Origin: a virus
Taxonomy: Duplodnaviria > Heunggongvirae > Uroviricota > Caudoviricetes
Reading direction: 5' to 3' (one strand)
IMG/VR virus record: IMGVR_UViG_3300037225_000328
Span: 1 to 45,792 of that record
Length of the DNA: 45,792 nucleotides
This document shows, piece after piece, positions 1 through 9,249 of this stretch. The translations under genes and the position numbers were made by a program. Numbering within the stretch: position 1 is the stretch's first letter; each line of letters begins with the position of its first letter. The notes under the pieces were generated by a model. The model was not told where the DNA came from. It saw only the letters and a list, made by a program, of their open reading frames with translations, and ran no database searches.

Positions 1-151
1 CAAGAAAGCGCGAAACGACTTACGAAGAGATTGTCCTTGACTTTGCCAAAGTCTCGAATTACGTGGCGTTCACTTTTGGAAACACAAAGGTGCCGATGTT
101 GCGTTCGTTGCACTCAACCGGCGCAGTCTGTTTCGGGCTTCCGCTTCGGTT

Positions 152-346
152 TCATCCTGCCACCATTTGATCGAATTGTTCCTCTAGTTTTGCTAGAGTC
201 TGCTCAATAACGTGCTGCAACCGAATCAATCGGCCGCGCAGTTCCTTGTCGATTGCGCTTGCTGCCCAACGGTCAACTTGACTCAAAAGCTTGCGATCTG
301 CTTCAATTGTGTCAATCAGATGGTTCACAGAAAACTCCCTCTTCAT
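152..346 (-). CDS. hypothetical protein
   Basis: ORF in co-oriented minus-strand run; no recognisable motif. Confidence 0.5.
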   Translation of the reverse strand: MKREFSVNHLIDTIEADRKLLSQVDRWAASAIDKELRGRLIRLQHVIEQTLAKLEEQFDQMVAG

Positions 347-554
347 TGATTAACCAGAAATACTTGAACCCTTGAGCGCGCAGCGCTTTGACTTCATGCG
401 CCAAATCATAATCATCGGGCATATTGATAAGAAAAATGTACCACGTTATCAATCGGGCTTGTTCGGTGGTTATATTGTTATCCAACATAAACCGCCAAAC
501 GGTCCAGATACAGGAATTCGCCCCTGGATGCTGAATTACTAATCTGTGAATCAT
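312..554 (-). CDS. hypothetical protein
   Basis: ORF in minus-strand run, purine-rich element upstream. Confidence 0.55.
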   Translation of the reverse strand: MIHRLVIQHPGANSCIWTVWRFMLDNNITTEQARLITWYIFLINMPDDYDLAHEVKALRAQGFKYFWLINEEGVFCEPSD

Positions 555-659
555 GATGCTCTTTTCAGTAAACGATCAAACTTCTTAGCAAGCTTCGTTT
601 CGCAAGCTTGGCAACGAAAAACAGTGCGAACCGGAAAACCTCCGAAAACCAGTGCGGGT

Positions 660-860
660 TCATCGTGTCCCCCGCTCTAGCTTGGCATCGACAATTGCTC
701 CCTGGATAAGGCGGCCGAAGTATTCAAGCGCTTCGATATCCACAAGCGTCATTGTTCCGTGTTCATTAACGCCGGCATAGGCGTCAAGAATATTGTCGAT
801 GGTAATCTCGCCACCATTGGCAGCGGCTACCGCATTCATAAATTGTTGCATTGGAGTCAT
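660..860 (-). CDS. hypothetical protein (leaderless)
   Basis: ATG 6 nt downstream of TTGACT-16-TAGTCT promoter. Confidence 0.75.
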   Translation of the reverse strand: MTPMQQFMNAVAAANGGEITIDNILDAYAGVNEHGTMTLVDIEALEYFGRLIQGAIVDAKLERGTR

Positions 861-866
861 ATTGAT

Positions 867-894
867 AGACTACCATCTCTCCGGTAAAAGTCAA
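867..894 (-). promoter_or_regulatory. sigma70-like promoter
   Basis: TTGACT-16nt-TAGTCT, TGn extended -10, ATG 6 nt downstream. Confidence 0.75.
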
Positions 895-987
895 GGAAAA
901 GGCCCACTTTTTGGTCCTTTATAGTGGGCGCGCTTGCAGCCGGATTAACCCAAGCGGCTTTGACGGTCCACCCATCGCTGCTATACT

Positions 988-1015
988 AGTATAGCTTATG
1001 AATGGCACTTGTCAA
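988..1015 (-). promoter_or_regulatory. sigma70-like promoter (no ATG at +1)
   Basis: TTGACA-16nt-TATACT. Confidence 0.65.
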
Positions 1016-1022
1016 GTAAAAT

Positions 1023-1418
1023 CTAAGTCGCAAACAAGTGAACTTGTGGTAATGATGCCGGATCATTCAAGAGGTTAGCATTGTACAAATGCTTCAATTG
1101 TCGTGCGACAACCTCACAAGGGGCTTCCGTTGCCGTCATAGTAGACTGCGCATTATAAGTATGCCCGCATTTGATGTTTAGAGTGTACTTTCCGTAGGAA
1201 TTAGCGACCCATACCTTAGCGATGGGGCCAGCAATTTCCTTCTTTCCAAACTCATTGCGGACACCTACGTAAACTTGAAAATCGAGAAAATCGTCAAGTA
1301 TCGAGTATCCAAGATGAATTGGATCCCGGCAAACATCCAATACCTTGCCCTTCTGCACAAGCAGAAAAACCTGGATTACCGGCAATTCAATCAAAGCGCG
1401 TTGTTCGCAATCGACCAT
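1023..1418 (-). CDS. hypothetical protein (leaderless)
   Basis: ATG 6 nt after TTGACT-16-TAGAAT. Confidence 0.75.
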   Translation of the reverse strand: MVDCEQRALIELPVIQVFLLVQKGKVLDVCRDPIHLGYSILDDFLDFQVYVGVRNEFGKKEIAGPIAKVWVANSYGKYTLNIKCGHTYNAQSTMTATEAPCEVVARQLKHLYNANLLNDPASLPQVHLFAT

Positions 1419-1424
1419 AACACA

Positions 1425-1452
1425 ATTCTACCATCAGGTAGCGGAAAGTCAA
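1425..1452 (-). promoter_or_regulatory. sigma70-like promoter
   Basis: TTGACT-16nt-TAGAAT-6nt-ATG. Confidence 0.8.
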
Positions 1453-1634
1453 GCCTTAACAGGGATTTCCGACCAGCAATAGCCACACCACGGCCCATCT
1501 GGCCCTTTGACGGCCGCATCCGTTGCACTATGATAATGCCGACTATTAAGCGCTACTCGAATAGCGCGATCAGCGGTATCATAGTCGGAAACGGAAAATC
1601 GACCCAATGGAGTGTTATACGTTATTGAGTACAC
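1449..1634 (-). CDS. hypothetical protein
   Basis: ORF coupled to upstream gene. Confidence 0.55.
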   Translation of the reverse strand: MYSITYNTPLGRFSVSDYDTADRAIRVALNSRHYHSATDAAVKGPDGPWCGYCWSEIPVKA

Positions 1635-1837
1635 TTATCAGCCTTGTGAAGATGAATCTCAGGAATGACAACCGTATCAAACGGATACACTTCGGATATG
1701 GGCCACTCGAACATGCGCACAATGTAGTGATGCCCAAGCACGGGCATCTCTACCGTGGCAAGCCCTCTCACTTCACCCACGCCTTGCACCGGGCCATAGT
1801 CAACTGCCACAACCTCACGGAAAGCAAATTTACTCAT
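1622..1837 (-). CDS. hypothetical protein (leaderless)
   Basis: ATG 6 nt after TTGACA-16-TATACT. Confidence 0.75.
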   Translation of the reverse strand: MSKFAFREVVAVDYGPVQGVGEVRGLATVEMPVLGHHYIVRMFEWPISEVYPFDTVVIPEIHLHKADKCTQ

Positions 1838-1843
1838 ACCACA

Positions 1844-1871
1844 AGTATACCATCATATCGGTTCCTGTCAA
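1844..1871 (-). promoter_or_regulatory. sigma70-like promoter
   Basis: TTGACA-16nt-TATACT-6nt-ATG. Confidence 0.85.
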
Positions 1872-1910
1872 GTCAAAATGGCCGACCCCGACAATCATTA
1901 CACTATGTCT

Positions 1911-1950
1911 AAAAGAAAAGACCCCGGTAGGTGGGTCCGGGGCCTTTTCC
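1911..1950 (-). terminator. intrinsic terminator
   Basis: GGCCCCGG/CCGGGGTC stem followed by TTTTCTTTT on minus strand. Confidence 0.75.
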
Positions 1951-2162
1951 TTGTTGCCAGTGTTAATTATAATTTTTTATAAATCTAATTAGCACCTAAC
2001 CGTTTTATGCCTCCCCACTAGTATGGGCGGCAGGTTCCTTATTTTCTCTCAAACCCTTACCTTATCGTATCCTTTGACCTACAACGTAGGTGGGATTCCA
2101 ATGGAGCGAGTTGTTTCATACATTCCATAGCTCTACAGGCAACTAGGAACCAAGTACGCTTA

Positions 2163-2184
2163 GGCGGGGCACCGTTGCCCCGCC
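2163..2184 (-). terminator. GC-rich hairpin after amidoligase 1
   Basis: GGCGGGGC/GCCCCGCC 8-bp stem; weak U-tract. Confidence 0.45.
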
Positions 2185-2204
2185 CGAAAGGGGCCTAACT
2201 CCCT

Positions 2205-3215
2205 TTAGTCATCTTCATATCCGTTGCGAGATCGTCCGTGAACTCGAAAACGACGGCGGTAAAACTCGCTAATCCGTTGCCCGCCGGCATTGTCCCAAAC
2301 GAAGCACAAACTCTCAAATTGGGACTGTGCATCTCCATTAAACATTTCGTCAATCTGGTCATAAGTCATATCCTTGACCGCATCCACAAATCGCGTATGC
2401 GCGATAATCCAGTACATGATGGTTTTTGCATGAAGCGTTCCATCATGCAAGCGAACCTCAAAAGTCTTGTGCTTGCTGTATGCTTGCAGATTGAGGTAGT
2501 TGTACCGATCCGAGTCACTGAAAAAGCTGGCAATTGACCCGCGACAGTCACGAATCGCGCTTGCTGAATACCGAGGGGCATGGCAATAGAAACTATCGCA
2601 AGCCCGATACTCAGAGACTAGACCGCGCCAAGCAACATAACTCTTAGCATACGCATAAGCGACATGCCGCAATTGAACGGTAGTCTCATCACGCATGTCA
2701 AGGTGCAAATGATAGCCACAGTCATCATTTACAGTATAACCATGCTCATCGGCCCAACGACAGAAATTTTCAACTTCTGTCAAACCCTCATCACCGTACA
2801 GGATCGGGGTAAAAAACTCCATCCCCCGAACACTGCAATCATACTTAGCGCCAAAAAGGGTTTTACCCTTCAATTGACGGTAATCATCGCAAGAGTGAGT
2901 TTCCAACTCAATCCCAAACTTTCGCTTGCTTGCGATGTTCCCATAATGGGCGATGGAAACCGGGCTAGGAGTCGGCTCCCACGTATCTCCTGCGCGGTAG
3001 CATTCCTCACAAATTCGGACATTATCGCGGGTTCGTCGGCTACAGTCAAGCCACCGGACTTCATTGCACTCCGGGCAAATGAAGCAATAGGCCGTCCAAC
3101 AGCGGGAGCAAAACAAACTCCCATCCGGAGCCCGTTGCATCAAATCATCATAATGCTCTTCCCGGCAGTGACAGCAAAGGCTCCGAGTACGAGTAATGGT
3201 AGCAGTGTTAGGCAC
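2205..3215 (-). CDS. putative amidoligase (COOH-NH2 ligase, PF12224-like) with 2 N-terminal Zn-ribbon repeats
   Basis: FGIELET, KYDCS..GMEF..PIL, CGYHLHLD, RYNYLN..A, TFEVRLHDGTL motifs; CxxC...CxxC repeats; GTG start with AAAGGG SD. Confidence 0.85.
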   Translation of the reverse strand: MPNTATITRTRSLCCHCREEHYDDLMQRAPDGSLFCSRCWTAYCFICPECNEVRWLDCSRRTRDNVRICEECYRAGDTWEPTPSPVSIAHYGNIASKRKFGIELETHSCDDYRQLKGKTLFGAKYDCSVRGMEFFTPILYGDEGLTEVENFCRWADEHGYTVNDDCGYHLHLDMRDETTVQLRHVAYAYAKSYVAWRGLVSEYRACDSFYCHAPRYSASAIRDCRGSIASFFSDSDRYNYLNLQAYSKHKTFEVRLHDGTLHAKTIMYWIIAHTRFVDAVKDMTYDQIDEMFNGDAQSQFESLCFVWDNAGGQRISEFYRRRFRVHGRSRNGYEDD

Positions 3216-3252
3216 TTGTTTCCCTTTCGTTAAGCGTGTTGAACTCTACTTA

Positions 3253-3280
3253 ACTATACCTCATTTTTACAGGTTGTCAA
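3253..3280 (-). promoter_or_regulatory. sigma70-like promoter (leadered)
   Basis: TTGACA-16nt-TATAGT upstream of amidoligase 1. Confidence 0.75.
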
Positions 3281-3762
3281 GTAGTTTTCCAGGTTCGACC
3301 GTGTTTAATACCTGCAATAGCCCCGGAACTAACATTAAATTCTCTGGCAACTGTCGCACGACTTTTACCAGTTTTAAGTTGTTCACGAATTAAAATGACT
3401 TTTTCTTTTGTAAGGATTGCGCGGGGATTTTGTTCACCACTATTCGTTTTTCGCCCACGACGGTATGCTTGGAGCAGATTTTCGCGTTGTGTATCTTGCA
3501 TCAAATGTTTAGGATTTACACAAACAGGATTATCACAACTATGTAAAACTCCTAACGTATTATCAATTTTTCCATAATATAGAAAATATATAATACGTGG
3601 AGCATACCGTACTTGACCACGATGTCCGCATGAAAATACACCCCGGCCCTCCCAATTTACATTGCCAGACCATTGCCAACAACCATCGCTTTTAGTAACA
3701 TTGCGCCAAAAGCGAGCAAGCTGATTTTCTGTTAAGATTGGTATTGGTTTGTATTCAGGCAT
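3277..3762 (-). CDS. HNH homing endonuclease with C-terminal HTH
   Basis: CWQW.G, VLHSCDNPVCVNPKHL, GEQNPRAILT motifs. Confidence 0.9.
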   Translation of the reverse strand: MPEYKPIPILTENQLARFWRNVTKSDGCWQWSGNVNWEGRGVFSCGHRGQVRYAPRIIYFLYYGKIDNTLGVLHSCDNPVCVNPKHLMQDTQRENLLQAYRRGRKTNSGEQNPRAILTKEKVILIREQLKTGKSRATVAREFNVSSGAIAGIKHGRTWKTT

Positions 3763-3769
3763 AAACGGT

Positions 3770-3799
3770 AGGCCCGCTAACCCGATTGTTAGCGGGCCT
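3770..3799 (-). terminator. hairpin between GATase and HNH
   Basis: AGGCCCGCTAA/TTAGCGGGCCT 11-bp inverted repeat. Confidence 0.6.
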
Positions 3800-3848
3800 T
3801 TCCTTCTGACAGGGTTGCAAAGATCCTACCGACGATCTCAAAACCCCA

Positions 3849-4721
3849 TTAACTCTTTTGCCCATCATCGGTTTCATCCATGCTTCCGCTGTATTGAGCC
3901 CAAGCTTCCCTCCAATCTTGGTCATAGTCCTTCACATTGGCACCCGCGCCCACATACTCATCATCCTCCCACCGCGAAGTGCTAGCGCCCTTACCGCTGG
4001 TGTAAACCACCCGACCCTGACGCTTGCCCTCATACCACTCCGTAGTATTGCTGCATCCGTACTTACGCCCCCAGTATTCCGGGGCTTGCGACACAAACGG
4101 GGCAACCACTTCAACCTTACCATCCTGAGAGAAGCGGATAGTCTCACCCTCACCTACGGCCTTGATTGTATCACTATGACCGATACACTGCGCTAGATGT
4201 TTGGCGCTAGAAGAGTAGTACCAAACCCCTCGATACTGGCCGTAATGAAGTTCCCCATTGTGAACTTGGAGATAGAAGTATTCCCCGTCAAACCAGGAAA
4301 CCCCCCAATATCCGCAAACCGTCCCCCAAGCGCTGTTATAGTCGCCCTTGTGCTTAGCAAGGGAATCAAACAGGAATTGGGAATCCACGGCATAACCATC
4401 CGGGGCGTCAACAATACCATTGTGCGCTCCGATGATTCGGCCGTAGCGGAAGGGGTGAGAGTTGCGGCGGTTTACTGCGCCCCGCGTAGCGAGTCGCGTA
4501 TGCCCTGCCACAAACCACGTATCACACTCAGACCGCTCTAACCAAGCGGAGATGTTCTTTTGCTGTAGACCCTCAGACGGAGTAACGGCCGCCTTGATCA
4601 TCTTGCCGGTTGAATCGAAGAAACCAAGGCTATCGGTTCCCCGATTTTCATTGGCAAGCACAAGAGCGCGGAGGATTCCGAGATTCCAGCCTTTACCAAT
4701 AGCTCCGTATATGCCGCACAA
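3849..4721 (-). CDS. class II glutamine amidotransferase (Ntn), start revised to TTG-Cys
   Basis: (M)CGIYG N-terminus after AGAGGA SD; RGTDS.G, HTRLAT.G, N.HPF, HNG, DS motifs. Confidence 0.85.
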   Translation of the reverse strand: MCGIYGAIGKGWNLGILRALVLANENRGTDSLGFFDSTGKMIKAAVTPSEGLQQKNISAWLERSECDTWFVAGHTRLATRGAVNRRNSHPFRYGRIIGAHNGIVDAPDGYAVDSQFLFDSLAKHKGDYNSAWGTVCGYWGVSWFDGEYFYLQVHNGELHYGQYRGVWYYSSSAKHLAQCIGHSDTIKAVGEGETIRFSQDGKVEVVAPFVSQAPEYWGRKYGCSNTTEWYEGKRQGRVVYTSGKGASTSRWEDDEYVGAGANVKDYDQDWREAWAQYSGSMDETDDGQKS

Positions 4722-4824
4722 AGTAACTATCCTCTTATTAAACCACGTAGACCGGAAACCTATAGTGTCAAGGTTAATCACCGGGGCGGAAGGGGCTTAA
4801 TTGTTCCTTGCCGCTCTATAATGA

Positions 4825-4852
4825 AGTATACCTGATTCAAGGCAAAAGTCAA
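4825..4852 (-). promoter_or_regulatory. sigma70-like promoter (leadered)
   Basis: TTGACT-16nt-TATACT; -35 overlaps HNH stop codon. Confidence 0.7.
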
Positions 4853-5364
4853 GCAGGTTTTTTCGGAATCCCTGTTAGCCAGGACCAGCTAGAACCGTGC
4901 AAAACATGTTCTATGGCACGACCCCGACAACCAATAATTCGTGCAAGTCGAGTTGCACCTAGCGGTTTTCCATTGACAATTTGCTTATGTAGCTTTACAA
5001 TCTGTAAGACCTGCTTTCGAGTCAAAACTGCTTTATGCTGCTTTTCTCCTCGGATAGGATTACCGTTTCGATCTCGATCTGCGGAGTTTCTTGCGCCATT
5101 TCCTGGATAAAGATGCTTGGGATTAACACAATCAGGGTTATCACAAGTATGACACGTCATGTTACCGGCATCACCATATTTAATCCAACAAGCAACACGA
5201 TGCGCTTTATACCAATCCCTTACTCCAAGATGAGGATGATAAATGCCATAACCATCTTTATCGTGAGCACCTAACCAATTCCAACATTCATTAGGAGTCC
5301 GTTTTTCAACAAAATCCCAAAAATGCTCTATATCCTCAGAAGTTAGGATAATGGGCTTGGGCAA
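4849..5364 (-). CDS. HNH homing endonuclease with C-terminal HTH
   Basis: CWNWLG, AHRVA, CHTCDNPDCVNPKHL, GEKQHKAVLT. Confidence 0.9.
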   Translation of the reverse strand: MPKPIILTSEDIEHFWDFVEKRTPNECWNWLGAHDKDGYGIYHPHLGVRDWYKAHRVACWIKYGDAGNMTCHTCDNPDCVNPKHLYPGNGARNSADRDRNGNPIRGEKQHKAVLTRKQVLQIVKLHKQIVNGKPLGATRLARIIGCRGRAIEHVLHGSSWSWLTGIPKKPA

Positions 5365-6348
5365 CTATAGTCCCCTCCCCGCCATTGATACATCCGCTAG
5401 TGTCCGTCGATTATGAGGTACTCGCCAGAATTGGGCATAATACCGGGCAAGCCGGGGGCCTAGAATCTGGCGCATGGTGCGCTTTGCGCGCCGCTCATCT
5501 CTGAACATATTGCGGATCCGTGCAAATGTCTTATCCTTGACAAAATCGACAAATCGCAAATGCGCAACAATCCAGTTACAAATCTCCGGACCCCGAAGAG
5601 TCCCCTGATACCCCCGAATCTCAACAGTCTTATGACTCCCCCAAGCCCGCCAATTGATAAACTCGTAGCGGGTCAAATGTCGGGCAAATGTGTCAAAACT
5701 GGCCGCATTAAGCACGGTTTCGGCTTCATAGTCCGGAGGGCGACAAAAGCAATTTCTCAATCGATCAGGATCCACCAGCTTTTGCCACAATTCGATGGTT
5801 AATCGGTAGGCATAAGCAAGATGCCGACGTTGCAAACTAGTAGATTCGCGCAGATCAATGTGAACGTGAAAACCGCACTCATCATCAACCTCAAAGTGGT
5901 TTTGATGGGCAAGTCGGCAGAACTTGCGAATCTCCGCTAATCCCTTGTCCCCTTGGAGAATAGGAGAAATAAACTCTAGCCCGCTAATACTTCCATCCTC
6001 TTTAGCGCCAAAACAAGTGTGCCCGCGTAACCGAATATGATTAGGACAATCGGCAGTTTCTAATTCAACCCCAAAACAGCGCTCACTATGCGTTTTGATG
6101 AACGTATTAGCGGATGAATGAAACTCTGTTTCCCGCCAACGGGAAATAGCAGACCAACAATCATAACAGATAGGTTGCCCGCGATCATTGCGCTGAGTAT
6201 CATCCCGAGAAGCAACGTTCCCGCAATCAGCACAAAGGAAATAGCGGGAACTAAAGCAGCGCTGACAATACACATACCCGCAGGCCCTTTGGCTTGATTC
6301 GGCCGTAACGGGGCACCCACATTGATCGCAATGGCTTCTAGCTGGCAT
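5365..6348 (-). CDS. putative amidoligase with 2 Zn-ribbon repeats (leaderless)
   Basis: FGVELET, KEDGSISGLEFISPIL, CGFHVHID, RYEFIN, TVEIRGYQGTL. Confidence 0.85.
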   Translation of the reverse strand: MPARSHCDQCGCPVTAESSQRACGYVYCQRCFSSRYFLCADCGNVASRDDTQRNDRGQPICYDCWSAISRWRETEFHSSANTFIKTHSERCFGVELETADCPNHIRLRGHTCFGAKEDGSISGLEFISPILQGDKGLAEIRKFCRLAHQNHFEVDDECGFHVHIDLRESTSLQRRHLAYAYRLTIELWQKLVDPDRLRNCFCRPPDYEAETVLNAASFDTFARHLTRYEFINWRAWGSHKTVEIRGYQGTLRGPEICNWIVAHLRFVDFVKDKTFARIRNMFRDERRAKRTMRQILGPRLARYYAQFWRVPHNRRTLADVSMAGRGL

Positions 6349-6354
6349 GATTCA

Positions 6355-6382
6355 AGTATACCCTACACTCGCAAAAAGTCAA
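6355..6382 (-). promoter_or_regulatory. sigma70-like promoter
   Basis: TTGACT-16nt-TATACT-6nt-ATG. Confidence 0.8.
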
Positions 6383-6591
6383 ATGGAATTTTCGACCGTA
6401 TAAAAGGCCAATCGAATAATTCCCCTCGCTGGGTCAAATCCGATAAGTTCAATCCATCTCATACCGGCGTCACCGCCATTAACATATATTTCTCTCTTCC
6501 GTAAGAAAAACTTGGTAGCAGAATCAAGAGTATCAAAATCGGTAAATTGAGCGTAAACAGAATAACCCCGAACAACCGAGTATCTATACAT
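6379..6591 (-). CDS. hypothetical protein
   Basis: ORF in operon-like run. Confidence 0.6.
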   Translation of the reverse strand: MYRYSVVRGYSVYAQFTDFDTLDSATKFFLRKREIYVNGGDAGMRWIELIGFDPARGIIRLAFYTVENSI

Positions 6592-6592
6592 C

Positions 6593-7030
6593 TTATATCC
6601 CCTGTCCTACAAACTGTGCCACCGGAATAAACGGCTTGATGCGAATTTGAGCGACAGTGTTATATTGCCGGAATTCGCCAAGTCCATACATTCTGTTAAG
6701 ATACATACGCACCGCCGACTTTACATTTTTAGCCTCAATCTTGAATTCGCGCTCACTTTGACTGTATTTGACATAGATCGCGGCCTTATCAGAACGCGGT
6801 AATTGTTGCACAATTGCAATCGGATAGAAAACTGTTTTCATTCCGATCGCATTGATACCGGCCGCGTATACTGTCCAGTCACTAAAATCATTGGGATCTA
6901 GCTTGTCATAGTCTAACACCATAGGCGTAGCACGTGCGCATATTAAGTGCCCGCCGCAATGTTTACCATGCAACGGTTTTCCACCTTGCACAAGGATAAA
7001 CGTCGTTATTTGTGGTTTGTGTAATTGCAT
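6593..7030 (-). CDS. hypothetical protein
   Basis: 145-aa ORF with GAGG SD. Confidence 0.7.
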   Translation of the reverse strand: MQLHKPQITTFILVQGGKPLHGKHCGGHLICARATPMVLDYDKLDPNDFSDWTVYAAGINAIGMKTVFYPIAIVQQLPRSDKAAIYVKYSQSEREFKIEAKNVKSAVRMYLNRMYGLGEFRQYNTVAQIRIKPFIPVAQFVGQGI

Positions 7031-7041
7031 AGTAAACCTCG

Positions 7042-7072
7042 AAAGAAACCGGCGGGCGGTTAAACCCGCCGG
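7042..7072 (-). terminator. intrinsic terminator
   Basis: CCGGCGGG/CCCGCCGG stem then TTTCTTT. Confidence 0.75.
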
Positions 7073-7085
7073 CTTACCATATTCA

Positions 7086-7292
7086 TCACTTCTTACAACG
7101 CGCCAGCGCTGCTAAAACATCTACCACGGCCCTTTGCACCATTACCAGTATCAGCCCTTGACCGTTTCTCAGACCGGCTACGAAAACTGATAGAATAGCG
7201 CCAACAGCGGTGCCCGCTAAATAAACGGGAACCGTTGCGACAAGACCAGTATAGACAATAACCCTGCCCAGTACCTTTAGTACCTTACGCAT
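7086..7292 (-). CDS. small hydrophobic/membrane protein
   Basis: long hydrophobic stretch VIVYTGLVATVPVYLAGTAVGAILSVFVAGL; AAAGG SD. Confidence 0.65.
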   Translation of the reverse strand: MRKVLKVLGRVIVYTGLVATVPVYLAGTAVGAILSVFVAGLRNGQGLILVMVQRAVVDVLAALARCKK

Positions 7293-7348
7293 GATTAAAC
7301 CTTTCTATCGGAATTATACGGCCTTGATGCATCATTCATCTTATCCGC

Positions 7349-8743
7349 TTAATGGGGAGCTTCATCCAAATCGTAATAAAACGCTTCTCGTCTAGGCGCA
7401 TCGACCACCCACGCAAATGGACGTTGCGGAGCCCGCCGCGCTGGTTGGGGCCTAAGCGATTTATGCCATTCTTCGGATTTTCTGATCCAATACTCCGCTA
7501 ACTCAGGACCAATAATCTCCGCAATAGCGACAAAATCCTCGCGGGGAGTGTTATGGAAAAGACTGTCAAGTTCCGAAAAACTCTTATCCTTGACAAAATC
7601 AATAAATCGGGCGTGAAGGATAAGCCAGTTACAAATCTCCTCAGCGTCAAGACTGCCTTGATACAATCTAACCTCAACACTGCCATGAACCAAATAAGCC
7701 CGCCAGTTGACAAACTCGAATCGGTCACGCTTTCCGACAAAGTAGTCAAAATCCTCATGGGTAATGTCGCTACTCTCATAATCAGGAGAACCGCAATAAC
7801 GGTTATCACTGCGAGAATTAGGCACTAAGGAACACCAGACCTCATAAGTCCTACGATACGCATAAGCTATTGCTTTCAGCGAATCGGTAGACTCAGTGCT
7901 TACATCAAAGTGAGCATGATAGCCACATTGCCTACTTACCTCAAAATGCAACTCTTCGGCCCGCTGGCAGAATCGTTCAATTTCTTCTAATCCTTCATCT
8001 CCATACAAAATGGGCGAAACGAACTCCATACCCTCAATAGAACAATCATGCTTACACTCCCAAATGGTGTGACCATTAAGAACATTATGATCAGGGCATC
8101 GGTAAGTTTCCAATTCTACCCCAAACCGCCGCCTTGAACCGATACGATCATAATGAGAATCGGAAACGGTAAAACTGCCCATTTCCCACTCACTCGACGG
8201 GCGGTAACAATCACGGCAATAAGGGCGATCATCCGACCATTGGGCCGAATCGTTCCATAACGGGTTTCCACAACCGCTGCAATTTACGCACAAATCATGG
8301 AAACATTCATCACAGTAATAGCTATCGCCAGGGGTGCGAAAACGTTCCCGTTGATGGAATGTTTCCTCGCAATTGTCACAAACGAAAAATCGACGATCAA
8401 AGCATCGGGCGCAATAGTGTTCATTATCTGGCCCGACAGTCGCCCGCCCCCGATTTACTTCCCGACCGCAACCGTAGCATTGCGTAAACATACTATCATA
8501 ACAGTAGTCACAATAGAAAGTTCCGTTACTAGAGATTCGCCCATCTTCGCGGACAATATACTCTTGACAATGACAACATTGTCGAAAAAGCATCTCAAAG
8601 CAAGCCGGGCAGTAGGAAAATCCATCCGGCCCTTCGTGGGCTTCTGTTAATGGCTTATTGCAATGGCTACAAAACTCTGCCACTTGGCGCACCGGGGGCG
8701 TAGACTCAATACGCGTACCGGGAAATGGGCGCTGGGTTGGCAT
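7349..8743 (-). CDS. putative amidoligase with 5 Zn-ribbon repeats (leaderless)
   Basis: five CxxC-x(13-15)-YCxxC repeats then FGVELET, KHDCSIEGMEFVSPIL, CGYHAHFD, RFEFVN, SVEVRLYQGSL. Confidence 0.87.
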   Translation of the reverse strand: MPTQRPFPGTRIESTPPVRQVAEFCSHCNKPLTEAHEGPDGFSYCPACFEMLFRQCCHCQEYIVREDGRISSNGTFYCDYCYDSMFTQCYGCGREVNRGRATVGPDNEHYCARCFDRRFFVCDNCEETFHQRERFRTPGDSYYCDECFHDLCVNCSGCGNPLWNDSAQWSDDRPYCRDCYRPSSEWEMGSFTVSDSHYDRIGSRRRFGVELETYRCPDHNVLNGHTIWECKHDCSIEGMEFVSPILYGDEGLEEIERFCQRAEELHFEVSRQCGYHAHFDVSTESTDSLKAIAYAYRRTYEVWCSLVPNSRSDNRYCGSPDYESSDITHEDFDYFVGKRDRFEFVNWRAYLVHGSVEVRLYQGSLDAEEICNWLILHARFIDFVKDKSFSELDSLFHNTPREDFVAIAEIIGPELAEYWIRKSEEWHKSLRPQPARRAPQRPFAWVVDAPRREAFYYDLDEAPH

Positions 8744-8749
8744 ACTAAT

Positions 8750-8777
8750 ATTATACCTGATAGATGCGGTTTGTCAA
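8750..8777 (-). promoter_or_regulatory. sigma70-like promoter
   Basis: perfect TTGACA-16nt-TATAAT-6nt-ATG. Confidence 0.9.
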
Positions 8778-8778
8778 G

Positions 8779-8804
8779 TAAAAAGCGGGGGCCACGGCCC
8801 CCGC
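8779..8804 (-). terminator. intrinsic terminator
   Basis: GCGGGGGC/GCCCCCGC stem followed by TTTTT. Confidence 0.85.
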
Positions 8805-8832
8805 CCAACGCCGAACGGCTCTTGCCGTTGAT

Positions 8833-9243
8833 CTAGTTATCTTCGGGTAAAACGATAATAGTAGTATTATCGTTAGGATTGTCAAATTTCTTCTCGTAGT
8901 ACCAAATGGTTAAAGCGCCCCGAATAATAGGGGTAAGGTGCGAATGGCAAGTTATTCGATCAACTGGAGAATTATGATAATTATTGAGTCGTATTGAATA
9001 ACTGCTGGCGGCGCGCCAATCTACTCCCGCAATAATTCGTTGTTGTTCATCGGGATAAACGGCAACAACGAACCATTGATGCCGTTGATGCAATTTGCTA
9101 AAATCCAAGTTTTGAGGGCGATCCGCGACAGCTAAAACTTGGCGGTTAATCGTTTGGATCTGGAATACCGGATGCATCACTTTATCGGCTCCCCGGCCAG
9201 TGAGAACCGTTGCCCGCTGAATCGTGAATGTGATGCTTTGCAT
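8833..9243 (-). CDS. hypothetical protein (leaderless)
   Basis: ATG 6 nt after TTGACA-17-TAGAAT. Confidence 0.75.
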   Translation of the reverse strand: MQSITFTIQRATVLTGRGADKVMHPVFQIQTINRQVLAVADRPQNLDFSKLHQRHQWFVVAVYPDEQQRIIAGVDWRAASSYSIRLNNYHNSPVDRITCHSHLTPIIRGALTIWYYEKKFDNPNDNTTIIVLPEDN

Positions 9244-9249
9244 ACTTCG

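Noticed and set aside
8781-8885. Possible extra promoter TTGACA-16-TACTAT with short RNA to the terminator
   Set aside because: It lies inside a CDS end, has a weak -10 and no supporting structure; plausible by chance.
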